A stretch of DNA of 64,000 nt from positions 50,032-114,031 of the forward strand of contig JBMOMC010000045.1 of assembly GCA_049325335.1 (NCBI GenBank). Reading direction: 5' to 3'. How positions within the stretch are numbered: the first letter of the stretch is position 1; each line of letters begins with the position of its first letter. Below the pieces are notes generated by a model. The model was given only the letters and a program-made list of their open reading frames with translations, was not told the DNA's origin and ran no database searches. The translations under genes and the position numbers were made by a program. Of this stretch, positions 1 to 8,184 are shown one piece after another. The stretch is from Nitrospirota bacterium (GTDB lineage: Bacteria > Nitrospirota > Nitrospiria > 2-01-FULL-66-17).

Positions 1-259
1 GTCACAGAACCTACCGCGGTCTTGGCGTGACTGAAACAAAGCCAATTATGGAGCGAGATAAGAGGCGGGACGTGGTCACAGAACCTACCGCGGTCTTGGC
101 GTGACTGAAACACAGCAGCACGCCCATCCCCGTCAGAATCCCCATCGGTCACAGAACCTACCGCGGTCTTGGCGTGACTGAAACTGACTCCGCACGTCTC
201 GCCTGGATCGATGCCCTCCAAAGTCACAGAACCTACCGTAGTCGCGACGCAACTGAACC
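1..259 (-). CRISPR. CRISPR array end (probably continues left of the window): 37-bp repeats at 1-37, 75-111, 148-184 and a degenerate repeat at 223-259; spacers 37, 36 and 38 bp
   Basis: Three exact copies of GTCACAGAACCTACCGCGGTCTTGGCGTGACTGAAAC with unique spacers; the fourth copy has 8 mismatches. Minus-strand orientation (GTTTCAG... start) inferred from the anti-repeat and cas gene. Confidence 0.96.
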
Positions 260-286
260 GACAGCAGTGGCCACATACACACCAAT

Positions 287-455
287 AAAAACAGAGCATC
301 TGAGCTCGCCGGGCTCCCTTGATTCAGAAGTACGAAGCAGACCGAACTGCTCAATCCGGCCGTTCACCACAAGGGGTGTCGCGGTCTCCCATCGGTTCGC
401 CCTAGAACCGACGGTCGTACCGCCCGGCTCTTTTCAGCCGTAAGACCAAGACGTT
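287..455 (-). ncRNA. Putative tracrRNA
   Basis: Minus strand 452-431 reads GUCUUGG-UCUUAC-GGCUGAAAA, complementary to the repeat 5' end GUUUCAGUC-ACG-CCAAGAC (lower stem, bulge, upper stem). It is followed by hairpins (390-413, ~335-350) and a GAGC-UCAGAU-GCUC hairpin plus U-tract ending ~287. Ends are approximate. Confidence 0.8.
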
Positions 456-477
456 GGGCAAATGCCCAAACTATTCG

Positions 478-491
478 GTTGTCAAAGAACG
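478..491 (-). promoter_or_regulatory. boxA-like antitermination motif CGTTCTTTGACAAC upstream of tracrRNA/array
   Basis: Resembles the boxA consensus GYTCTTT(A/G)ANA; lies between the cas9 stop and the tracrRNA. It also contains a TTGACA hexamer. Confidence 0.4.
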
Positions 492-541
492 GGACTACTT
501 ACTTGAACGGAGTCGATTATCGAGAACTTCCCTTGTTGCTG

Positions 542-3500
542 TCAAACGGTACTCGTTACAGCCACCGTTGGCCCAACACGGACATCAGTGATTCGCTCAA
601 ACACGCCTGATGGCCAGTCGCCACTCCGGTGGTTGTGATAAAAATACGATGTCCCGTCATCGCGAATCAGCGTGCAGCCCGCACGCACCCAATGAATCTC
701 TCCACAGAGGGCGTGAGTTCGCATCCACTCAGAAATTGCGCGACGTTTCTTAAAGACTCTCGGCCGCAACGGTGTTTTATCGTGCGCCAAGGGCTGAATC
801 AATTCAGCCGGGAGCACGGGGACATCGCGATATGACTTTCGTTCAGGCTCCCGATCGAGCGACCAATCAGCGCGAATGCTCAAGACGATCGGCTTTTCTC
901 TTGCTACGCCGCCAGCAGGCGTCTTTCGATAACCCACGACTTTAAAGAGCACACCAGAGCTCGCCGCCCGATAGTGCGTGTGACTACCACGACGCAGCGG
1001 AGTGACTTCTCCCCGCCCTTCCTGTATGAGACGAACGGAGAAGTCTTTGGGAATATCGGTCGGTTTCGCATCAGCCTTTCCAAGAAACTCCTGAATGGCC
1101 TGCCACCGCGCCTGGATCGTCGGATGCACCACATGCGATGCGTTCGGCCCCGGCCTGTCATAACCGCGGGCCGTATTACGATACCATACGACCAGAGCGG
1201 TTCCCACCGCATCGCGCCCGCCACGCGCGAACGCCTCGCGGAGACATTGCTGAAGGCGCGGGTGACAGATCCGGCGAATTAAGTCGCCTCCATTCTCTGA
1301 GTCACTGCTGAGATGATCCCAAAAGTCTTGAACGGATTTCCGAATAGCCAGTACTGGACCGCCGCCATTTTCCCTCGGCCGATAGCTATACAGATTTTTG
1401 TCAAACGAGGACTTCTTCACCGTCGGAGGCGCCACTGCAGTCAGCGCAACTCCCGGGTGTTCCGTCGCTTTCTCCTTCGCGCCCCGGGATTTCCGTACGC
1501 GCCCTCCCACCACTCCCAGCGTTGTCTTGGCTTCGAGGCCAGCCAGGGGCTCGACGGCGCTCAAGGTAAACCGGCCATCCTGGCGAAAGTGCGGATCAAC
1601 GGCGTCCGCCGCGCCCTGAATCGCCACATAAGCGTCTCGGCCGAATCGTTCGGCGATGGCCAACTTCGGAAATCCTTCAGCGGCGGCGCCGAGGGCCAAC
1701 ACGTATGCGTCCAGCGCGTGATTATCGACTTTATCGCCCTGACGTTTCGCCACAGTCTTTTCGAAACCGTTGGCCACCGCGTCGCGGAGAATGGCGGTAT
1801 GGCGACCGGAAATACGCCGGACCTGCGTGGCGTCCTGCAGATTCAACCCGAATTCTTCAGCCAATAATCTTCGAAGATGCGCGGCATACCGAGAGACCGC
1901 CGTCGTCTGTACCATCCAACGTCCGGCCATGTCCAATAGTGAGTGCTCCGCGCGCTCAACGTCACCTTTGTTTTGCTTGACGTGCTCAGTCATTCGCTCT
2001 GCCGTAAGGTTCTGCAAAAGTCCCTTCTTGACCTCAATGATCGGGTGAATTGCGCCGTTTCGGCTCCTGGCGCGCTGTTTTCGTTCTTCGACTGAATGCC
2101 CAAAAGCCGCCAGCGCCTCGGGAGCAATCGACAACCGGCGACGGAACAACGAATGTTTCCCTTTTTCACGGTTGCATCGTGTGTGACAGGGAACGCGCGC
2201 TAAATACCCATCCATCGGAAACCGCGAGCCGGCAAACATGTGGTCCTCTTCGAGGTCCTTCTCGATACTCCGACCGCAATAGGCACACAGGCCGCCGAAT
2301 TCCTCGCGCAGCATCTTCTTCGTGTCACCGTCATAGTCAGCCTTGGGACCATACCAATACAGATCATAGGCCAAGCTCTCGTTCACCCGATCAGAGGAAC
2401 GCGCGCTCGCCGTTCCGTACGTGCGCGGCTTCTTCCTCAAAATCTTCACCGCGTCGAAACCGGTTGATTCAATCACCAGCCGATCAACCGTCTGCCCGTG
2501 AAGCAACGGTAATACCCTCCGTTTCAGGTACGCCAACATTTTGTCGCCGACAATGGAAACCCGCCGCGAGACATCCGCTGATTCGGCCTTCTCGGGCCAA
2601 CGTTCGCCGGCGCGAAAGCGCTGGATGAACTCCTCTTGATGAACGCGGCACCACCGCGATCGAGCAGCCCGGCCCGATGAATCCCGCTTTCTCGCCTCTT
2701 GAAATTCCCGCTCAACTGTTTCTCGGATGTTTTCCCGCTTGGCCTTTCCGAGCCATCGCTGTACGACCTTAAAATCGGATGTAGTGGAGTTTGCCGAGTT
2801 TGTTAGCCAATCAGCCAGAATCTGTTTCGCGCTCGCTCGGCGTCCACGCGACGAGGGAGGTTCTGGGTGCTCAGCCTTCACCGCATCAACGATCGCCTGG
2901 TCGAATTGACTTATCGCTTCGGAAGGCATGAGTGTGCTCTTCACGGCTTGTTCACACACGCTGGCGATCATCTCGCGGGAAATAATGGCACGGAACGGTT
3001 CCAGCTTGCCTTGAATGCCAAGGACAAGCGATCCGACGCCTTGGCGACCAACACGGTTCCGACAACCCTCCCACGCGCAAACACCAACGCCCCGCGCATT
3101 GATCCGCATCGGCCTCCGAGATCGCCTCCCCAATATCGAGCGCGCAATCAGGTGTGTCCGTTGGGCGCGGTCTGAGTCGGTGATAAACGATTCCAAGAAC
3201 GTCCTGAGCTGCTGCAGGAATTCGGCGTTCGGAAGCGAGGCACTCGAAGGCTGTTCATCCTCGGATTTGTTCTCGTCATCACCCCAGAAATGACCGCGGC
3301 GCTTGCAGTAGGCGAGCACCACGCGAGCCGTCTCTGCGTCGTCATGCAGAGGACCCGCGTGGCCCGTCAGCGCGTCCTGTAGACGCTTGAGGCGTCTTTT
3401 CCGTTCGTGATACGTCCTCCGTATCCGGCGCATCTGGGCACGCGGCTCGACCATCTCTTTGAGGGGTTTCTCTTCGAGATAGAGTGTGCCCACATACAGT

Positions 3501-3604
3501 GGGGTGGCGACGTTTTGGGTTGGATCAAACCGCACCAATGCCACGCCATGATGAATCTGGCCCGTGTCGATCGCCAAGAGATGGAACGGACGATTCGCGT
3601 TCAT
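542..3604 (-). CDS. cas9: Compact Cas9-family RNA-guided nuclease (type II-D / SMART-like), 1020 aa
   Basis: RuvC-I LLAIDTG, Arg-rich bridge helix RAQMRRIRRTYHERKRRL, RRSRR motif, Zn-ribbon CAWEGC...WCRVH, RuvC-II LVIES, HNH CAYC...EDH...CHTRCNREKG, RuvC-III NHALDA; adjacent array and anti-repeat. Confidence 0.9.
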   Translation of the reverse strand: MNANRPFHLLAIDTGQIHHGVALVRFDPTQNVATPLYVGTLYLEEKPLKEMVEPRAQMRRIRRTYHERKRRLKRLQDALTGHAGPLHDDAETARVVLAYCKRRGHFWGDDENKSEDEQPSSASLPNAEFLQQLRTFLESFITDSDRAQRTHLIARSILGRRSRRPMRINARGVGVCAWEGCRNRVGRQGVGSLVLGIQGKLEPFRAIISREMIASVCEQAVKSTLMPSEAISQFDQAIVDAVKAEHPEPPSSRGRRASAKQILADWLTNSANSTTSDFKVVQRWLGKAKRENIRETVEREFQEARKRDSSGRAARSRWCRVHQEEFIQRFRAGERWPEKAESADVSRRVSIVGDKMLAYLKRRVLPLLHGQTVDRLVIESTGFDAVKILRKKPRTYGTASARSSDRVNESLAYDLYWYGPKADYDGDTKKMLREEFGGLCAYCGRSIEKDLEEDHMFAGSRFPMDGYLARVPCHTRCNREKGKHSLFRRRLSIAPEALAAFGHSVEERKQRARSRNGAIHPIIEVKKGLLQNLTAERMTEHVKQNKGDVERAEHSLLDMAGRWMVQTTAVSRYAAHLRRLLAEEFGLNLQDATQVRRISGRHTAILRDAVANGFEKTVAKRQGDKVDNHALDAYVLALGAAAEGFPKLAIAERFGRDAYVAIQGAADAVDPHFRQDGRFTLSAVEPLAGLEAKTTLGVVGGRVRKSRGAKEKATEHPGVALTAVAPPTVKKSSFDKNLYSYRPRENGGGPVLAIRKSVQDFWDHLSSDSENGGDLIRRICHPRLQQCLREAFARGGRDAVGTALVVWYRNTARGYDRPGPNASHVVHPTIQARWQAIQEFLGKADAKPTDIPKDFSVRLIQEGRGEVTPLRRGSHTHYRAASSGVLFKVVGYRKTPAGGVAREKPIVLSIRADWSLDREPERKSYRDVPVLPAELIQPLAHDKTPLRPRVFKKRRAISEWMRTHALCGEIHWVRAGCTLIRDDGTSYFYHNHRSGDWPSGVFERITDVRVGPTVAVTSTV

Positions 3605-3625
3605 ACTCGTTTCACGGGTTGCGGC

Positions 3626-4216
3626 TCACGGCGTTGCCCGCACGCCATAGCGAGGCGTCTTCTCTCGGACACGAAACCCAATCCGCGGGCGGGGCGCTTC
3701 CGGCTCAGGCTCCCTGGGAGGGCTCAGCAGGGACATGATCTGCTGGATGACGTCGGAGATCACGCGCTCGTGAAGATCCAACCGTTCCGTCAACGTTTTC
3801 TCCACGACTGCCAGCTTCCCGGCCGAGTCCTTCTGGGCCGACAGCATGGCGCGCATTTTTACGAATGCGCGCACCACGAAGACGCTGGTCTGGATCGCGC
3901 GCTCGCTGCGCAGAATCGTGGCCGCCATGACCGCTCCGTGCTCCGTAAACGCCCAGGGCAGTTTTCGCACGCCGCCGTGGCCTGGACTTGATATCGCAAA
4001 TTGCGATATCAAGTCGGTCAGTTCTTGCCGTGTAAGCTGGAAAACGAAGTCGTGTGGAAAGCGCTTGCGGTTCCGTTTGACGGCTTCGTTGAGGCGGAGT
4101 GTCGCCACGCCATACAGCGCCGCAAGATCTCGATCGAGGATGACCTTGTGCCCCCGAACCGGGATGATGACGGAGTCAATGCCTTGCACCGCGTATCGTC
4201 CCGATTTCTGCGTCAT
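3626..4216 (-). CDS. ORF6N-domain DNA-binding protein (phage antirepressor-like)
   Basis: VRGHKVILDRDLAALYGVAT..LNEAVKRNRKRFP..F.FQLT and FTEHGAVMAATILRS signatures; C-terminal coiled coil and RIGF motif. Confidence 0.88.
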   Translation of the reverse strand: MTQKSGRYAVQGIDSVIIPVRGHKVILDRDLAALYGVATLRLNEAVKRNRKRFPHDFVFQLTRQELTDLISQFAISSPGHGGVRKLPWAFTEHGAVMAATILRSERAIQTSVFVVRAFVKMRAMLSAQKDSAGKLAVVEKTLTERLDLHERVISDVIQQIMSLLSPPREPEPEAPRPRIGFRVREKTPRYGVRATP

Positions 4217-4645
4217 GGTTCGTCCTCGATCACCGGTTCATGCCGATTCACACACGACACGCACGCACTCACCGAGTCATTCCAACAATTGCATCGAGAG
4301 AATGGCGGCCACCACGTCATCCGTGGCGAAGGAGTGGTCCACTCTAGCAGAAGCGGTCGGCGGGGAACAAGGTTGCCGCCGTTAGCTCATTCTCCGACTA
4401 CGCCGGGACCACCGCGGGTCACCGGCTCGGGTATACACCAAAATGGTCTTGGAGACCTCGGCCGCAAGGTGCAGGCGGGGCTGCCGGGCATGACGGACGA
4501 CTTGCCCTCCGGGGTTGACCACCAACAAGCGACGGCGAGTGGCCCACGCGTCCGCAACCTCTCTGGGATGCCGCGCCCGGAGCTTCGATGCCGCTGCAAT
4601 CGCTTGCTAATCCCCCTGTGCTTGTCCTATAGTGCCCCCGCTGCA

Positions 4646-6130
4646 ATGGATGATCTGAACGATCAAATCCGCTCGCGTCTCGCCAAGCTCGACACGCTCA
4701 ACGCCCTCGGCATCGCTCCGTTCGGCCGGCGATTCGTGCCCGATGACTCGGCCCAGGACGTGCACCGGCGGTTCGGCGCGCTGTCGCGGGAACGGTTGGA
4801 CGCGGACACGCCGTCCGCGGAAGTGGCGGGGCGAATCGTGGGGTTGCGGCGGTTCGGCAAGGCCGCGTTCGTCCACCTGCAGGACGCGAGCGGGCGAATC
4901 CAAACGTATTTGAAGCGCGACGCGCTGTCGGCCGCGGATTTTGCCGTGGTGGAACAATTGGACCTGGGCGACTACATCGGCGTGCGCGGGAGGGTGTTCC
5001 GCACTAAAACCGAGGAACTGACCGTGGAAGCGCGCGAGGTGGTGCACCTCGCCAAGGCGTTGCGCCCGCTCCCCGAGAAATGGCACGGACTCACCGACGT
5101 GGAGATCCGCTACCGGCAGCGTTATTTGGATTTGATCGCCAATCCGGAGGTCAAAAATACGTTCGTGCGTCGAAGCCGGATTATCCAAGGCATCCGGAAT
5201 TTCTTCAACGCCAAGGGTTTTCTCGAGGTCGAGACGCCCATGATGCAGGGCATGGCGGGCGGTGCGGCAGCGCGGCCGTTTGTCACGCACCATAACGCGC
5301 TGAGCACGGACCTGTACCTGCGCATCGCGCCGGAGTTGTATTTGAAGCGCCTGATCGTGGGCGGGTTCGAACGCGTCTACGAGATCAACCGCAATTTCCG
5401 CAACGAGGGAATCTCCACCATCCACAACCCCGAGTTCACGATGTTGGAGTTTTACCTCGCGTACGCGGACGTGACCGACTTGCTGCCGATGACCGAGGAC
5501 TTGATCACCACGTTGGCCAAAGACGTGTGTGGCACGTTGGAGCTGACCTATCAAGGCAAAACCATTGACCTGCGGCCGCCGTGGAAGCGCATCGGCATGC
5601 TGGACGCCGTTGCGGAACGACACCACGTGACTCGCGACACGGTCCGGGACCGCGACGCGGCCTCGCGCCTCGCGCGGTCGGTCGGGGTGCCGGTCAAACC
5701 CGACGACACGCTGGGTCAGATCCAGGCCGCGTTGTTCGAACATTCGGTCGAAGCCGATATCGTCAATCCCACGTTCATCACGGACTTTCCGACCGACATC
5801 TCCCCGCTCGCCAAACGGCGCGCGGACGACCACTCGCTCACCGAACGATTCGAGTTGTTGATCGCGGGCCGCGAAGTGGCCAATGGATTTTCCGAATTGA
5901 ACGATCCCATCGACCAGCGCCAGCGGTTTGAAGCGCAGGCCGCGCAACGGGCGCGCGGCGACGAAGAAGCGCACCGCGTGGACGAAGATTTTCTTCGGGC
6001 GCTGGAGCACGGCATGCCGCCCACCGCGGGTGAAGGCATCGGCATCGACCGACTGGTGATGCTGCTGACGGACCAGTCGTCGATCCGCGACGTCATTCTC
6101 TTCCCCCAGATGAAACCAGAAGCCCCGTAG
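4646..6130 (+). CDS. lysS: Lysyl-tRNA synthetase (class II)
   Basis: RYRQRYLDL, LYLRIAPELYLKRL, FRNEG, GMPPTAGEGIGIDRL; start placed at ATG 4646, not at the ORF-track start. Confidence 0.97.
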   Translation: MDDLNDQIRSRLAKLDTLNALGIAPFGRRFVPDDSAQDVHRRFGALSRERLDADTPSAEVAGRIVGLRRFGKAAFVHLQDASGRIQTYLKRDALSAADFAVVEQLDLGDYIGVRGRVFRTKTEELTVEAREVVHLAKALRPLPEKWHGLTDVEIRYRQRYLDLIANPEVKNTFVRRSRIIQGIRNFFNAKGFLEVETPMMQGMAGGAAARPFVTHHNALSTDLYLRIAPELYLKRLIVGGFERVYEINRNFRNEGISTIHNPEFTMLEFYLAYADVTDLLPMTEDLITTLAKDVCGTLELTYQGKTIDLRPPWKRIGMLDAVAERHHVTRDTVRDRDAASRLARSVGVPVKPDDTLGQIQAALFEHSVEADIVNPTFITDFPTDISPLAKRRADDHSLTERFELLIAGREVANGFSELNDPIDQRQRFEAQAAQRARGDEEAHRVDEDFLRALEHGMPPTAGEGIGIDRLVMLLTDQSSIRDVILFPQMKPEAP

Positions 6131-6154
6131 GGGCGCACGGCCGTGCGCCCCGCC
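6127..6154. repeat. GTAG-type REP palindrome overlapping the lysS stop
   Basis: GTAGGGGCGCACGGCCGTGCGCCCC hairpin; related copy at 63451-63478. Confidence 0.65.
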
Positions 6155-6165
6155 ACGATCAGCCG

Positions 6166-7416
6166 GTGAGCTATCACATCCTGATCGCGCTCCGTTACCT
6201 GCGCGCCAAGCGGCGACAGCGCACGGTTTCGCTCAACACGTTCATCTCGATCGCGGGAGTCACGTTGGGCGTGGCCGCGCTCATCGCCACGCTGGCGGTG
6301 ATGAGCGGATTCGAGGAAAACCTGCGGGAGAAGATCCTCGGCACCACCGCGCACGTCGTGGTCGTGGATCGGGCTCAGCGGCCGATCGAAGATTACGACG
6401 CAACGGTCAAGACCGTGTCGGCCGTGCCGCACGTGGTGGCGGCCGCGCCGTTCATCGTCAATCAGGTCTTGCTCACAGCGGACTCCAACGTACACGGCGT
6501 GGTGCTGCGGGGCATCGACCCCGCGATCGAAGGCGCGGTGACCGATGTGGAGCGCAACTTGATCGACGGCCGACTGGCCGACCTCACCGCCGAGTTCCCC
6601 CCGCCTCCGGACAAACCCGAGCTCTCGTCGCGCCACGGCATCATCATCGGCAGGGAACTGGCGTTACGCCTGGGCGTGTTCATGGGCGATACGCTCAACG
6701 TGGTGTCCCCCCAGGGCACCATGGGCCCGTTCGGCGTGGTGCCCAAACTGCGTCCGTATCAGGTGGTGGGGCTCTTTGAGTCCGGCATGTACGACTACGA
6801 TTCCTCGTTCGCGTACATCTCGCTCGCGCAGGCCCAAGACTTCTTCCAACTCGGCGCCGGCGTGACCGGAATCGAAATCAAGGTCGATGACATCTTTCGC
6901 GCCGCCAACGTGGCGATCGCGGTGGAGGCCGCGCTCGACGGCCGATTCTGGGTCCGGGATTGGAAGGAGATGAACCGCAATCTCTTCTCCGCGCTCAAGC
7001 TCGAAAAGGTCATCATGTTCATCATCCTGGTGCTGATCATCCTGGTGGCCGCGTTCAACATCATCGGCACCCTCACCATGATCGTGATTGAAAAGTCGCG
7101 CGAGATCGCGATCCTGAAAGCCATGGGGGCGACCCGACGCGCGATCATGGGCATCTTCATGCTGGACGGCTTGATCATCGGCGGCGTGGGCGTGGCCATC
7201 GGCATCCCACTGGGGTACCTCGTCTGCTGGGCGATCGAGACGTTCTACACGTTGCCGGCCGACGTGTACTACATCAGCCACATTCCGGTTCGCATCTACG
7301 CCTTCGACGTGGCGTTGGTCGCGGGCTCGGCGTTCCTCATCACGTTCCTCGCCACGGCCTATCCGTCGTGGCAAGCCGGGCGCCTCGCACCGGTCGAAGC
7401 CCTGCGGTATGAGTGA
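6166..7416 (+). CDS. lolE: Lipoprotein-releasing ABC transporter permease LolC/E
   Basis: [43 protein letters not shown]. Confidence 0.92.
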   Translation: MSYHILIALRYLRAKRRQRTVSLNTFISIAGVTLGVAALIATLAVMSGFEENLREKILGTTAHVVVVDRAQRPIEDYDATVKTVSAVPHVVAAAPFIVNQVLLTADSNVHGVVLRGIDPAIEGAVTDVERNLIDGRLADLTAEFPPPPDKPELSSRHGIIIGRELALRLGVFMGDTLNVVSPQGTMGPFGVVPKLRPYQVVGLFESGMYDYDSSFAYISLAQAQDFFQLGAGVTGIEIKVDDIFRAANVAIAVEAALDGRFWVRDWKEMNRNLFSALKLEKVIMFIILVLIILVAAFNIIGTLTMIVIEKSREIAILKAMGATRRAIMGIFMLDGLIIGGVGVAIGIPLGYLVCWAIETFYTLPADVYYISHIPVRIYAFDVALVAGSAFLITFLATAYPSWQAGRLAPVEALRYE

Positions 7417-8122
7417 GCCGATCATCCGGACCGAGGGACTGTGTAAGTCCTTCGCGATCGGACGGGACACGATTCACGTCCTGCGCAGCATCGACTTGAT
7501 CATTGCGCGCGGCGAAACGGTCGGGCTGGTGGGCGCGTCCGGCGCGGGCAAGAGCACGCTCTTGCATCTCTTGGGCGGATTGGACCGACCCAGCAACGGC
7601 GCGATCACCGTGGATAACGTGCGCGTGGATCAACTGCGCGAAGCCGAGTTGGAACCGTTCCGCAATCGTACCGTCGGGTTCATCTTCCAGTTCCACCACC
7701 TGTTGCCGGAATTCACCGCGCTGGAAAACGTGATGATGCCGGGGCTGATCCGCGGACTCGCGCAGGCCGAGATGCGCGAGCGCGCGCGACACATCCTGGA
7801 CGCCGTCGGGTTGGGCCCCCGACTCGCGCATCGACCGGGCGAACTCTCCGGGGGCGAACAACAGCGCGTGGCCATCGCCCGCGCGCTCGTGCTGGAGCCG
7901 CCGGTGGTGCTGGCGGACGAGCCCACCGGCAACCTCGACACCCACACCGGCGACGACGTGATGGCCGTGCTCAAGCGCCTACGTCAGGCGCGCGGGACGA
8001 CCTTCTTGATCGTCACGCACAACGAAAAACTGGCGACTGAAACGGATCGGGTGATCCGGATGGTGGATGGGAAGATCGAAGGGACGAGTGGGGGAGTGGG
8101 CGAGGGGGAGAGTGGGCGATAA
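7409..8122 (+). CDS. lolD: Lipoprotein-releasing ABC transporter ATPase
   Basis: Walker [34 protein letters not shown]; overlaps the permease. Confidence 0.93.
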   Translation: MSEPIIRTEGLCKSFAIGRDTIHVLRSIDLIIARGETVGLVGASGAGKSTLLHLLGGLDRPSNGAITVDNVRVDQLREAELEPFRNRTVGFIFQFHHLLPEFTALENVMMPGLIRGLAQAEMRERARHILDAVGLGPRLAHRPGELSGGEQQRVAIARALVLEPPVVLADEPTGNLDTHTGDDVMAVLKRLRQARGTTFLIVTHNEKLATETDRVIRMVDGKIEGTSGGVGEGESGR

Positions 8123-8184
8123 AGGCGCTAACGACTTTTCACCCCCTCATCCCTTCTCCCACTCTCCCCCGTCGTCCTTGCCCT

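Noticed and set aside
38..222. Self-targeting spacers
   Set aside because: No match to the spacers noticed in this window by eye; needs a BLAST search.
260..330. Fifth degenerate repeat near AAAACAGAGC
   Set aside because: Similarity is too low and spacing is off; better explained as the tracrRNA terminator.
542..3604. IscB/IsrB or Cas12 assignment
   Set aside because: It has an HNH (not Cas12 or IsrB), is about twice IscB size, lacks PLMP, and has a separate anti-repeat plus array.
4383..4600. Short minus-strand ORFs upstream of ORF6N as cas2 or PLMP remnants
   Set aside because: No convincing start, RBS or motif.
4001..4645. 215-aa N-terminal extension of LysS in the ORF track
   Set aside because: Overlaps the ORF6N gene antisense; LysS similarity starts at ATG 4646.
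8088..8170. G-rich/C-rich repeats between lolD and the barrel gene
   Set aside because: Consistent with an ordinary hairpin or terminator between convergent genes.
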